NCBI GenBank assembly: GCA_965248265.1
Contig: CBDFJF010000001.1
Location: forward strand, 896,001-960,000
DNA from: Candidatus Latescibacterota bacterium
GTDB lineage: Bacteria > Latescibacterota > UBA2968 > UBA8231
Reading direction: 5' to 3'
Length of the DNA stretch: 64,000 nt
The position numbers were made by a program, and so were the translations under genes. Below are positions 1 to 9,470 of the stretch, piece by piece; the stretch's first letter is position 1, and each line of letters begins with the position of its first letter. A model generated the notes under the pieces. It saw only the letters and a program-made list of their open reading frames with translations. It ran no database searches and had not been told where the DNA came from.

Positions 1-504
1 CAATATCGTTTCCCACCTCCTGAAGCGGACAAGACGCGACTGGCAGGGGAGGGTACCGTTCTGGCCAGTTTCGAGGACCAGAGCGATCTGCGCCGGATCG
101 TCGCGGAGAAGACCGTGCTCGAGAGCACAAGCAAGCGCCGGCTCACAGTGGAAAATGAGCAAGCGATAACTCATGGGGTGACGAACGGCCACGACGCGGT
201 GCTTTGCGAATTCGCCGACGGCGGGCATATCGTCCTGCCTGCCTTGTTCCCGCCGGGGGGACGATGGCAATGGATCGCCGCGGACCTGACGATTCCAGTA
301 GACCGGGAGGCCCGGATTCGCCTGAGCGCGCGCCGGGGCACGAAATCCGTGAGCCGAGATTTTACTCTTTATCCCGGCACGCCGCGCCGGTGCGTGCTGC
401 CGCTGGGTCTACTTGCGGATTCAAACGAGGCGCTGGATCTGATCGTCGAGCCGGCGGACGGCAAGGCGACGCTGGCGCAGATGGACTGCCTGTCGGCGTT
501 CTGA
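1..504 (+). CDS. Hypothetical protein, 3' part (runs off the window start)
   Basis: Frame 1 is open from base 1 (QYRFPPPEADKTRLAGEG...) through ORF 115..504 to TGA; no family recognised. Confidence 0.55.
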   Translation, partial: QYRFPPPEADKTRLAGEGTVLASFEDQSDLRRIVAEKTVLESTSKRRLTVENEQAITHGVTNGHDAVLCEFADGGHIVLPALFPPGGRWQWIAADLTIPVDREARIRLSARRGTKSVSRDFTLYPGTPRRCVLPLGLLADSNEALDLIVEPADGKATLAQMDCLSAF

Positions 505-730
505 GTCTCGGAGAGCGCGGGCTGGGGCGCGCGTAGACCCATCCGAATCGAAGACTTGCCAGGACGCCGCCGCCGCGCTCATGGAACTCGTGAGGGGAGC
601 CTGTCGGGGAATGAGCACAAAGACATCCCGTCCAGGTACTCGTGTTATATTGGGCAGCAGCACAGAACCCGACCGAGCATCGGAGTAGCAGTGAGATGGT
701 CACGGGGTCAAGAACGAAAAGGAGGTCTGG

Positions 731-1402
731 ATGCACGAACTTGATCTTGTCGTGTTCGATATGGCAGGAACTACTGTGCGAGCAACAGATCAGGTGCCTG
801 CCGCTTTTCGCGAAGCCTTCGAACAGGTGGGAGTGATATTGTCCGACGAGGAAATTCAGTCTGTCAGAGGCAGGTCAAAGCGTGAGGCAATCTCAGATCT
901 TTTGACCCGCCATCCCAGTGCAGAAGACGAGCGGCGGGTCGCAACTAGCATATACGACAACTTCCAGCGCATTCTGATAGAGTGTTACGAGGAACATGGA
1001 GTTGAATCAGTCGATGGTGCCGATGGAACGCTTGAGTGGTTAAAGACACAAGGTGTGAAGGTCGCACTAAGCACAGGATTTGACCGAGCCTTAGCGGATC
1101 TGTTGTTACGAATGATTGGCTGGGACAAGTCAGTAGACGTGGTTGTATGTAACGAAGACGTACCTCGAGGACGTCCAGCGCCCTATCTGATATTTCGTGC
1201 AATGGAATGGACGAGCTCCGAGTGTATCCACCGTGTTGCCGCTGTAGGCGATACAATTTCTGATCTGCAAGCTGCTTTTAACGCCGGGGCGCGTTGGAGC
1301 ATTGGAGTGTTATCGGGAGCCCATTCCGAAACGCAGCTTAAATCCTGCCCTCATAGCGAGATCATCGAGAGTGTCAAAGAGTTGCCCTCCGTGTTCAAGT
1401 AA
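731..1402 (+). CDS. HAD-family hydrolase, phosphonatase (PhnX)-like
   Basis: Motif I FDMAGT, GRPAPYLIF, motif IV VGDTISD; GGAGG RBS upstream. Confidence 0.9.
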   Translation: MHELDLVVFDMAGTTVRATDQVPAAFREAFEQVGVILSDEEIQSVRGRSKREAISDLLTRHPSAEDERRVATSIYDNFQRILIECYEEHGVESVDGADGTLEWLKTQGVKVALSTGFDRALADLLLRMIGWDKSVDVVVCNEDVPRGRPAPYLIFRAMEWTSSECIHRVAAVGDTISDLQAAFNAGARWSIGVLSGAHSETQLKSCPHSEIIESVKELPSVFK

Positions 1403-1451
1403 AAGGACGATCCTGGTTGAAGGAAGTGCGGCCATACTCGCGCATGGCGAC

Positions 1452-1645
1452 GCCGAGTAGAGCAGAGGAATCTCACCCCCACTCCCTCACAGATCCGGAC
1501 GTGAGCCTCTCGGCTCATCCGGCTCGTATCGTCCAGCCGTAGGCGGGACAAGGCTCCAATGCACAAACAGGTCGAGTTGGCGACGAGCAAGCCGCTTCAG
1601 CCACCCCCGCGCCCGTTTGTCAGAAAGCCTGTACGTCCGCCGTAA
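1452..1645 (-). mobile_element. Group II intron 3' remnant (end of maturase ORF, domain V, domain VI)
   Basis: Minus strand GAGCCGGATGAGCCGAGAGGCTCACGTCCGGATC (domain V, 1492..1525) followed by TGTGAGGGAGTGGGGGTGAGATTCCTCTGCTCTACTCGGC (domain VI/3' end); preceded by RRTYRLSDKRARGWLKRLARRQLDLFVHW, resembling an intron-encoded protein C-terminus. Confidence 0.85.
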
Positions 1646-1715
1646 GATCGCTTGCGGCTGGGGCAGGTCGTCAGCCACGACCGCGATGGGTCGGATCTTG
1701 CTCTGACCGCGATCG

Positions 1716-2678
1716 CTACGCGTCGAATACCAGCGTTGCTTCCCCCACACCGGTCAATCGGCCCAGCTGATTCACGCCTATGATGTCGACGTCGACCAGA
1801 CGCACGCTGTCGGTCTCTCGTTTCGTCACCACGGTGCCTCGGTAGGTGTTGGTGTCCCCCGGGCGAAAGTTGTTGATCGATTTGAATAGCAGGCGGCCGC
1901 CCCCGTAGAGCGTGCTCGTCGGTGCCCAACGTTCGAGCATCTGGTCGACGAACCCCATGATCGTGATGCCCCCCACACCGTGGAGTGCGCCCCAGGGGAA
2001 CTTTCCCGCCTCATGGTTGAAGGCGCTGCTCTGCTTCTCCGCATCTTTCGCGTCGATGTCATGTCCTTCGACTTCCGTCTTCAGCGCGGAGTGAATGGTG
2101 AACGGGCAAACTGTATCACCGGCGGCGATGTCGTCGTAGATGACCGTCGCCACCGCCTCTTTCGGATGGGTCTCTTCCAACCGCGACGGCTCGAGCCCCT
2201 CGGACGGTTTTCTGGCTCCCGCGCCGGAGGCTGCTTTCCCTTTCTCGGGTTTGCTGCCGAATTCGAAGATCGAGGTGTGGTCTATCTCGGCGACTTTCTC
2301 ACCTCTCTGGTTTGTCGGCTCGATTCGAACGGTGACGAACTTGTTGCCTCGGCGTTCGTACTTTTCGAGTACGCGGGCGACGCTGGTGATCGTATCGCCG
2401 AGCCGAATGGGTGCGAACCATCGTCCCTCGCATTTGGCGAACGGCGTCGCGTGTCCGGTGACGACGGCCATCCCGTTGTTTTCGGCGATGCCGCCGCGGT
2501 TTTTTGGTGCCAGGCTGAAGATCTGGGTTGGCATGGTGATGGTGCTGTCGGAGTTCGGATTCCTTACGACTCCCGCATGTTTGGCCATCGACTCGACGGT
2601 GACTTCCCGCACGAACGGTCCTGCCTCTTGTCCCACCTCGACCGCTTCGTAGTCCCACACTCTCGTTTCTGTCGTCAT
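1716..2678 (-). CDS. MaoC-like double hotdog-fold dehydratase
   Basis: Two hotdog units (WFAPIRLGDTIT...EKYERRGNKFVTV; FRPGDT...VDVDIIGVNQLG); divergent from a CoA-transferase. Confidence 0.75.
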   Translation of the reverse strand: MTTETRVWDYEAVEVGQEAGPFVREVTVESMAKHAGVVRNPNSDSTITMPTQIFSLAPKNRGGIAENNGMAVVTGHATPFAKCEGRWFAPIRLGDTITSVARVLEKYERRGNKFVTVRIEPTNQRGEKVAEIDHTSIFEFGSKPEKGKAASGAGARKPSEGLEPSRLEETHPKEAVATVIYDDIAAGDTVCPFTIHSALKTEVEGHDIDAKDAEKQSSAFNHEAGKFPWGALHGVGGITIMGFVDQMLERWAPTSTLYGGGRLLFKSINNFRPGDTNTYRGTVVTKRETDSVRLVDVDIIGVNQLGRLTGVGEATLVFDA

Positions 2679-2804
2679 GCAGACGCGCTCTTCCTTTCTT
2701 GCTCCGTGGGCGAAGATTTGCTACCTAAAGTGGCTCAGATGTAGTAGGCAGCACAAGACGGAGCCTGCCGCATTCCAGTTTCATCCGATCGAAAAGGCCA
2801 ACCA

Positions 2805-5225
2805 GTGACGCAAGCGCTCAACGGACTCCAGGTGGTCGAGCTGGCGGAGGGCTTAGCCGGACCCTTCTGCGGCAAGCTGATGGCTGGTCTGGGCGCCGAC
2901 GTCGTCAAGGTCGAACCGCCGGCGGGTGACGCTGCCAGGAGACGGGGACCCTTCCCCGGGGACGACCCCGATCCGGAGGCCAGCGGGCTCTTCCTTTATC
3001 TCAACACAGGCAAGAAAGGTGTCATCCTCGACCTCGACAGAGAAGGCGGTACCCGTCACCTGATCGAAATGGTTCGAACGGCGGACGTGTTCATCTGCGC
3101 GCACGGATCCTCCTTTCTCGGGCGGCACGGCCTCCATTACGGCGACCTTGTGGTTGTCAATCCCTCGCTGGTCATGCTGTCCATTACCCCGTTCGGGCTG
3201 AGCGGACCGTACAGCGAGTTTCACGCCACCAATCTCATCGTCCATGCCCTGAGCGGCGAGATGCATCTGGCCGGCGTCAACAGTCTTCCGCCGCTCAAGA
3301 AAGGCGGCAACCTGGCCGACTATCACGCCGGCATGCAGGGATTCATCGGGGCGATCGCGGCCTTGTTCACGCGCCATAGCAGCGGTTGCGGACAACACGT
3401 CGAAGTCTCCCACCTGACCAGTCTGACGTCCATCCTCGGGGCAACCTTGAACGGGTGGCTCTACGACGAAAAGGTGTCCGGGCGCGGTGATGCCGATCCC
3501 TGGAGCCTCGGCACGGCGGCCCAACGAGGCGCCGATGGGACTCGCTGGGGGCCTGGAGGCGTCTGGCAGGCGCAGGATGGATACGTCCTCGCCTACGGAA
3601 GGGCGTCAGCCGACTGGGAGGGACTGCTCAAGGACATGGGAGGCGAGCTGGCCGACCCTCGATTTGCCACGACGGAAGGCCGTGATGAGCATGTCGATGA
3701 ACTCAACGAGCTGTTCCGATCGTGGATATCCACTCACGCCAAAGAGGAAACCTATCGGCTGGCCCAGCGCCATCGGCATTCGTACGGATTCGCCGCCGAC
3801 GCCGGAGATCTGTTGCGCTCGTCGCAATTGGAGGCCAGGGGATTTTTTGTCGAGATCGACCATCCTGCCGCCGGCACTCTGCCGTTTCCCGGTGCTCCCT
3901 TCATCATGAGCCGCACCCCATTCCAATTCGGGAGGGCTCCCCGGCTCGGAGAGCACGGCCTCGAGGCGCCGTCCGCCAGCGGTAGTTCCGGCAGCGAGCG
4001 GCCGCTTCAGCAGATTGATTCACCACCCGACAGCGACAAGCCACTCGCCGGCGTCCGCGTGCTGGATTTTACTCACGTGTGGGCCGGGCCGTATTGCACC
4101 AGAATCCTCGCCGATCTCGGGGCGCAGGTGATCAAGGTCGAGTCCATCACCCGAGGCGACGGCGGTCGCGGAAAAGGGATCGGCCGGTTTTACGCCTATA
4201 ACCGCAACAAACTCGGGTTGACCCTCGACCTGCAGGCGGAAGAAGGTGCTGCGCATATCCGTCAACTCATCGGCAACGCCGATATCGTCGTCGAGAACTT
4301 CAGCGTCGGAGTCATGAAGCGGCTCGGCATCGATTACGACGAATGCATGACCATCAAACCGGACATAGTGTATTTGTCGATGCCCGCCTTTGGCAGAACG
4401 GGCCCGGAGTCGTCGTTCACCGGGATGGGTGCCACACAGGAGGCCCTGTCGGGGCTTCTCAGCATCACGGGCCATCCCGGGACGCTGCCCAATCCCACGG
4501 GCGTCAAGTACGGCGATCCAAACGCCGGGGTGCTGGGGGCCATCGCCGCACTGACGGCGCTGTGGCACCGACGCCATACTGGTGAGGGACAGCTGATCGA
4601 CCTGTCCCAGCGTGAGGCCAACATCTGTACGTTGCCGGAGATCGTCCTCGACTATGCTATGAACGAGCGAACGATGTGCGCAGTCGGCAACAAGCACCCC
4701 GACCGCGCCCCGAGAGGTTGCTACCGCTGCGCTGGAGAAGACCGGTGGATCGCCATCGACGTCGAGACCGATGCGCAGTTTCAGGCGCTGGCCGATGCAA
4801 TGGGCCGATCCGATCTGGCCACCGATTCGCGCTTTGCCGCCGCCAGTGGCCGAAAGCGGCACGAGGAAGAGATCGACTCGATCATCGAGAGTTGGACATT
4901 GACCACAGATTCATATCGGGCAATGCACACCCTCCAGAGCGCCGGAGTGCCTGCCGGGGCCGTGCTGACCAATCAGCAGGTCGTCGAGGATCCCCACTTC
5001 GCTGCTCAAGAGTTTTTCGTTGAGGTCGACGCCAACGTGCACACCGCGCCACCGTGGCGGTTCTCGGAGACCAGGCTCGACATCCGGCGTGCCCCCTCGC
5101 TCGGCCAGCACAATGAGTACATCCTCGGCGAGATACTGGGACTCGAGGATCGCGAAATCGAGCTGTTGAAGAGCAACCACGTCATCGGCACAGAGCCCTT
5201 AACCCGGAGCGCCACAAATCATTGA
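2805..5225 (+). CDS. Tandem (double) CaiB/BaiF family III CoA-transferase
   Basis: Two repeats: ALNGLQVVELAEGLAGPFCGKLMAGLGADVVKVEPP and PLAGVRVLDFTHVWAGPYCTRILADLGAQVIKVES; NTGKKG/NRNKLG. Confidence 0.92.
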   Translation: MTQALNGLQVVELAEGLAGPFCGKLMAGLGADVVKVEPPAGDAARRRGPFPGDDPDPEASGLFLYLNTGKKGVILDLDREGGTRHLIEMVRTADVFICAHGSSFLGRHGLHYGDLVVVNPSLVMLSITPFGLSGPYSEFHATNLIVHALSGEMHLAGVNSLPPLKKGGNLADYHAGMQGFIGAIAALFTRHSSGCGQHVEVSHLTSLTSILGATLNGWLYDEKVSGRGDADPWSLGTAAQRGADGTRWGPGGVWQAQDGYVLAYGRASADWEGLLKDMGGELADPRFATTEGRDEHVDELNELFRSWISTHAKEETYRLAQRHRHSYGFAADAGDLLRSSQLEARGFFVEIDHPAAGTLPFPGAPFIMSRTPFQFGRAPRLGEHGLEAPSASGSSGSERPLQQIDSPPDSDKPLAGVRVLDFTHVWAGPYCTRILADLGAQVIKVESITRGDGGRGKGIGRFYAYNRNKLGLTLDLQAEEGAAHIRQLIGNADIVVENFSVGVMKRLGIDYDECMTIKPDIVYLSMPAFGRTGPESSFTGMGATQEALSGLLSITGHPGTLPNPTGVKYGDPNAGVLGAIAALTALWHRRHTGEGQLIDLSQREANICTLPEIVLDYAMNERTMCAVGNKHPDRAPRGCYRCAGEDRWIAIDVETDAQFQALADAMGRSDLATDSRFAAASGRKRHEEEIDSIIESWTLTTDSYRAMHTLQSAGVPAGAVLTNQQVVEDPHFAAQEFFVEVDANVHTAPPWRFSETRLDIRRAPSLGQHNEYILGEILGLEDREIELLKSNHVIGTEPLTRSATNH

Positions 5226-5337
5226 GACGGGCGCCTGTCTCTTGCTACTGCTCATTATGTGGCTGATTTTGACATGAAACCACCACCACACAGCGTCTTG
5301 CGAAGCTGGCTCATCAGTGAAGGCCAGAGTTGGTTGT

Positions 5338-5799
5338 ATGGCAAGAGAACCACTTCAGGTAATCGTGATTCCCTTCCGACGGAAAAGTGAGCGTGAGTTC
5401 GAGTTCGCCGTTTTCCATCGGAGTGACGGATCGATGTGGCAGTTCATCTCAGGCGGAGCCGAAGACCAGGAAGACGCGTTGCAGGCCGCACAGCGGGAGG
5501 CTGAAGAGGAAGCCTTTATTCCAAGCGATGCACCACTGATTCGGTTGGATTCTCGGGCTTCTGTACCGAAGACCGCATTTACACCAGTCGATCACTGGCC
5601 GGAGGACATTTTTGTTGTGCCGGAATTTTCGTTCGCGGTCGAGCTAAGGGACCGAGAATTGGTCCTGTCTCACGAACACGACGAAGTAAGGTGGTTGTCC
5701 TTCAAGGAGGCCACCGAGCTCCTTACCTGGGACAGCAACCAAACCGCTCTTTGGGAGCTCAACGAGCGCTTGGTCAACAATCGTGTTCGGCCGGTTTAG
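5338..5799 (+). CDS. NUDIX hydrolase
   Basis: Nudix box GGAEDQEDALQAAQREAEEEA; LSHEH motif. Confidence 0.88.
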   Translation: MAREPLQVIVIPFRRKSEREFEFAVFHRSDGSMWQFISGGAEDQEDALQAAQREAEEEAFIPSDAPLIRLDSRASVPKTAFTPVDHWPEDIFVVPEFSFAVELRDRELVLSHEHDEVRWLSFKEATELLTWDSNQTALWELNERLVNNRVRPV

Positions 5800-5903
5800 C
5801 GCCCATCGTCTCTACAGCGTGTTACTCGGAGAAACAGGGCTCGACGAACCATCTGGATTTCTTCGCATTCAACCAGGTAGAACATAGTCAGAGAGGTACT
5901 GTG

Positions 5904-6932
5904 ATGGCGACACGCATGCAACTGGCCGATCTCGAGATGGCCGATGAAAACGACCCGAATTCACAGAAGGTGGCTTTGCTGGAAGCGCCTTATCGGATAT
6001 CTACGGCCTGGGCGAAGATACCGGAACCGTGCGAAAACGAAGTGCGAGTCAAGGTCAAGTGGGTCGGCGTGTGTGGCTCAGATGTCGAGGTCTATCGCGG
6101 AACGCGCAACCCCGACTACCTGTCGATGCCGACGCGGCTGGGACACGAGGTTGCGGGCGTTATCGACAAGCTGGGCACAAACGTGCAGGGCATCAACGTC
6201 GGCGACCAGGTAACCTGTCGCTACGTTTGGGGAGCCTTTGCGGAGTACATTGTCTGCCGGCCGTTCAATGTAATGAGACTACCGGATGATTTCCCGCTGA
6301 AGGAAGTAAGCCTCATCGAAATACTTCCCGGCATTATCCATGCGGCCGAGCTGGCTGAGATTGATTCGACTAAGACGGTGCTTGTCATCGGCCAGGGCGT
6401 CAGCGGATTGACCCTGACACAAGTCCTGTCCCTGTATAGCCCCAAAAGCCTGGTGGTGACTGACCTGAAAGATCGCAACCTGCAACTCGCCCATAAGTAT
6501 GGGGCAACCCACACCTACAAGATTCCCACACCTCAGACGCCCACCATGGAGGTGGTGGGCAAGGACTTCCCCGAAGGGTTCGACGTGGTCATCCCATGCC
6601 TGATAGAAGGAAGCGGCATGGTGGACGCCATCGACACAGCTGCAGTTTGCGGGCGCATCGTCATGTATGGTTGCATAGAGGTCTGCAACGAGCCGTTTGA
6701 TTTTTACAAAGTTCACTACAAGCGTTTGAGTATCCACTCAACCGAGCCTCGGCGGGATATCGATATGAGGCGTTTCTTTCAAGAGGGCGTCCATCTGGTG
6801 TTGGACGGTTTGGTTAATACCGCCGAGATCGTCACACATGAGGTGCCGCTGAGCGACATCGACCGAGCACTCGCGTTGCGCGACGACCAGACGAATAACG
6901 CGATCCATGTTCTCGTCGATTGCGAAATATAG
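5904..6932 (+). CDS. Zinc-binding (MDR) alcohol dehydrogenase
   Basis: GVCGSD, GHE, Rossmann GQGVSG; GAGG RBS before GTG/ATG at 5901/5904. Confidence 0.88.
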   Translation: MATRMQLADLEMADENDPNSQKVALLEAPYRISTAWAKIPEPCENEVRVKVKWVGVCGSDVEVYRGTRNPDYLSMPTRLGHEVAGVIDKLGTNVQGINVGDQVTCRYVWGAFAEYIVCRPFNVMRLPDDFPLKEVSLIEILPGIIHAAELAEIDSTKTVLVIGQGVSGLTLTQVLSLYSPKSLVVTDLKDRNLQLAHKYGATHTYKIPTPQTPTMEVVGKDFPEGFDVVIPCLIEGSGMVDAIDTAAVCGRIVMYGCIEVCNEPFDFYKVHYKRLSIHSTEPRRDIDMRRFFQEGVHLVLDGLVNTAEIVTHEVPLSDIDRALALRDDQTNNAIHVLVDCEI

Positions 6933-7074
6933 GAATCCTCTGACCTGGTACGAGAATGCGTACCGGGCTCGCCTCCGTCGAGGACGACTGTGCGCAACCC
7001 AGCCCGTCGAAATTCTGGACCGTGGCACCTACTTGATTAAGCCGGAAAGACCCGGGTTTCCGGAAGGTCGAGAA

Positions 7075-7875
7075 ATGGACTGCAGTTCGCCCAGACCACG
7101 ACAGTATTGGAACGACTACGCGTCCCGATTCAAGAATCGCAGTTTGGCGGAGGCTTATGAGCTCCGTCCTCCCTATCCAGATGAGATGTACAAGATCCTT
7201 CTGAACCTTCTAGGAGAGCAGAAGAGGGTTTTAGATGTCGGGTGTGGTCCAGGAAAGATTGCACGACCGCTCGTCAATCACGTAGGCGGTGTTGATGCAG
7301 TCGATTTCTCACACGAGATGATTCGGGTGGGCAAGTCGCTCATCAATGGCGACCATCCAGGCCTTCAATGGATCCATGGACGAGTCGAGGAGGTGCAGTT
7401 GAACGCGACCTACGGCCTGGTGACAGCTGGAGCAAGTATCCACTGGATGGAATGGGGCGTAGTGTTCCCGAGATTCAAGGAAGTGCTGGCAGAAGATGGG
7501 TTCGTTGTGATCATAGATGGCGACCGTCCGATCGGGTCGACGCCGTGGCGCGATGCAGAGCTGCCTTTGATTCGAAAATACTCGACCAATCGGCACTACG
7601 AAGAGATCGATCTGATACAGGAGCTCGTGGACAGAGGACATTTTCAGCCAGCTGGTGACAGGCTGACGAAGCCGGTTTCATTCTCCCAGTCCGTTTCGGA
7701 CTATATCGCCTCATTCCATTCGAGAGAAAGCATGTCCCTGGAGCACATGGGCGAGGATAAGGCCCTGGCCTTCGACACCGAGTTGTCGGGCATCCTCTCT
7801 GAGTTTGCCGATGACGTCGGACGGCTCTGCTTCCTGGTGCAGACGAGAGTAGTCTGGGGTAGGCCACTCGCTTAA
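7075..7875 (+). CDS. Class I SAM-dependent methyltransferase
   Basis: VLDVGCGPG, AVDFSHEMI, YELRPPYP, AGASIHWM. Confidence 0.88.
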   Translation: MDCSSPRPRQYWNDYASRFKNRSLAEAYELRPPYPDEMYKILLNLLGEQKRVLDVGCGPGKIARPLVNHVGGVDAVDFSHEMIRVGKSLINGDHPGLQWIHGRVEEVQLNATYGLVTAGASIHWMEWGVVFPRFKEVLAEDGFVVIIDGDRPIGSTPWRDAELPLIRKYSTNRHYEEIDLIQELVDRGHFQPAGDRLTKPVSFSQSVSDYIASFHSRESMSLEHMGEDKALAFDTELSGILSEFADDVGRLCFLVQTRVVWGRPLA

Positions 7876-8061
7876 GTAATCGCACAGCTACGGTTCTCAC
7901 TACCAAGCAACTGAGCGATGTGGAGGACAAGCGATGTCCTGCGGATCCTATGACTGATGATCCGTTGTGGTGATTGCCCGTCAGACTTGGGAACAGAAGG
8001 CATCGAGCGACCTACAAGCGCGTCGCGAAGCGCACCTACGGCCAACGAGAGTGGTGCTTCG

Positions 8062-9174
8062 TCAGTCCTTTACCTGCGCAGCGATCTGGGTCATGTACGC
8101 TTCCCGGCCCATTTGTGGCTTCTTGTACTGCCAGCGCGACCGGCTGGGGATCATTCGCAGACTGCGGTCCTCCAGAGGAAGGCGTACGGGCGCGTGCCCT
8201 TGTCGGTGGGACTCCCTTATCGCGATGGCCATCTCCAGAACGCGACGCCCATTGTCCCCGCTACCTATCGGCTCAGTGTCGTTCTCCAGTGCGTCGACGG
8301 TGCCATCAACGCTCGCCAGGTTTCTGTCGCCGGGCCACTTCCAGCCGTCGGGCTCGTACGAGGCGCTCGTCCTCATGGGCGTCTCGCGGAACCCCGCATC
8401 GACCTTCTCATACCCCCCGGACCCGTCGGCCTTCCAGAGACTGACCATGGTGTTAGCGTATCTGATGAGCCCTCCGGTGAGAGCGACTTCGAGGCCGGTC
8501 CTGGAATCGCTCTCCCGGTGAATGAACCCCTCAACGCCGTTGACGAATCGAACGTACCCCGCCCCGCCCTGGTCGTAGTCGCTCCAAGCGTCGTTTGCAA
8601 CCCACCCTGTCATCCAGGAAACGTCGACGCTTCCGGCATAGAATCTCATGAGGCTGAATAGCTGGCAGCCCCCACCCGACATCTCCGCGCCGCTGCCACC
8701 GTAGAACGTAATACTCTTCACGTCTCCAAATTCGCCCGAGTCGACCATCCCTCGCGCTTTCCCATGGTCGGGCAGGTTGACGTCGAGGTCACCCGAGCCG
8801 AACTTGATGCCTCTCGATTTACATGCGGTCACCATGCGGTCAGCGTCCTCCAGGCTGGCGGCGATGGGTTTCTCGCACAGGATGGCCTTGACGCCAGCCT
8901 CGGCGCAGTCAATGACAACGCCCGGGTTCGGCTGCACCGGCAGGATGGGGGCCGCGATATCTATCTCTTCCTTCTCGAGCATCTCCCGGTGGTCGGCGTA
9001 ACCGGGAATATTGAACCTGCGGCAGAATATCTTCAGATTTTCTTCGTCGGTGTCGGCAGCCGCGACGATCCTCGTCAACGGGTGGATGCGGTAGGCCCTC
9101 GCATGCTGGGCCCCTTTCCTACCGATGCCTATGGCTCCGACTCGGTACTTGCCTTCGGCGTTCGGGTCAGACAA
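8062..9174 (-). CDS. Gfo/Idh/MocA family oxidoreductase
   Basis: N-terminal VGAIGIGRKG and ILCEKPIA motif. Confidence 0.9.
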   Translation of the reverse strand: MSDPNAEGKYRVGAIGIGRKGAQHARAYRIHPLTRIVAAADTDEENLKIFCRRFNIPGYADHREMLEKEEIDIAAPILPVQPNPGVVIDCAEAGVKAILCEKPIAASLEDADRMVTACKSRGIKFGSGDLDVNLPDHGKARGMVDSGEFGDVKSITFYGGSGAEMSGGGCQLFSLMRFYAGSVDVSWMTGWVANDAWSDYDQGGAGYVRFVNGVEGFIHRESDSRTGLEVALTGGLIRYANTMVSLWKADGSGGYEKVDAGFRETPMRTSASYEPDGWKWPGDRNLASVDGTVDALENDTEPIGSGDNGRRVLEMAIAIRESHRQGHAPVRLPLEDRSLRMIPSRSRWQYKKPQMGREAYMTQIAAQVKD

Positions 9175-9470
9175 AGTCGTTTCTCCTGGTTAAGGTGATT
9201 TCGATGCGCATTGCGGCCCGCGTGTCGCATCACCCTTAGTGGGAGCACAGGTGCGCCGAGTCGTCGTTTTACCGACACAGCATCTGCGTTTTCTGCGCTC
9301 CGACCGTCAGCACTATAGAGGCTATTATCGATCTCTGTCAAGGTCTGGGGCGCATGAGCGTGTTAAGAGGGTGAGTCCTTGATGATCGTTTGAGGCCTCG
9401 CAGAGTTCTGACCATCGTTTGCATACCGTGATGGTCGGTCCGGTTTTTCCACGAACGGAGGACCGCACAG

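Noticed and set aside
5771-5800. attC-like left arm at the end of the NUDIX gene (GGTCAACAATCGTGTTCGGCCGG)
   Set aside because: No complementary right arm or GTT core found at a suitable distance
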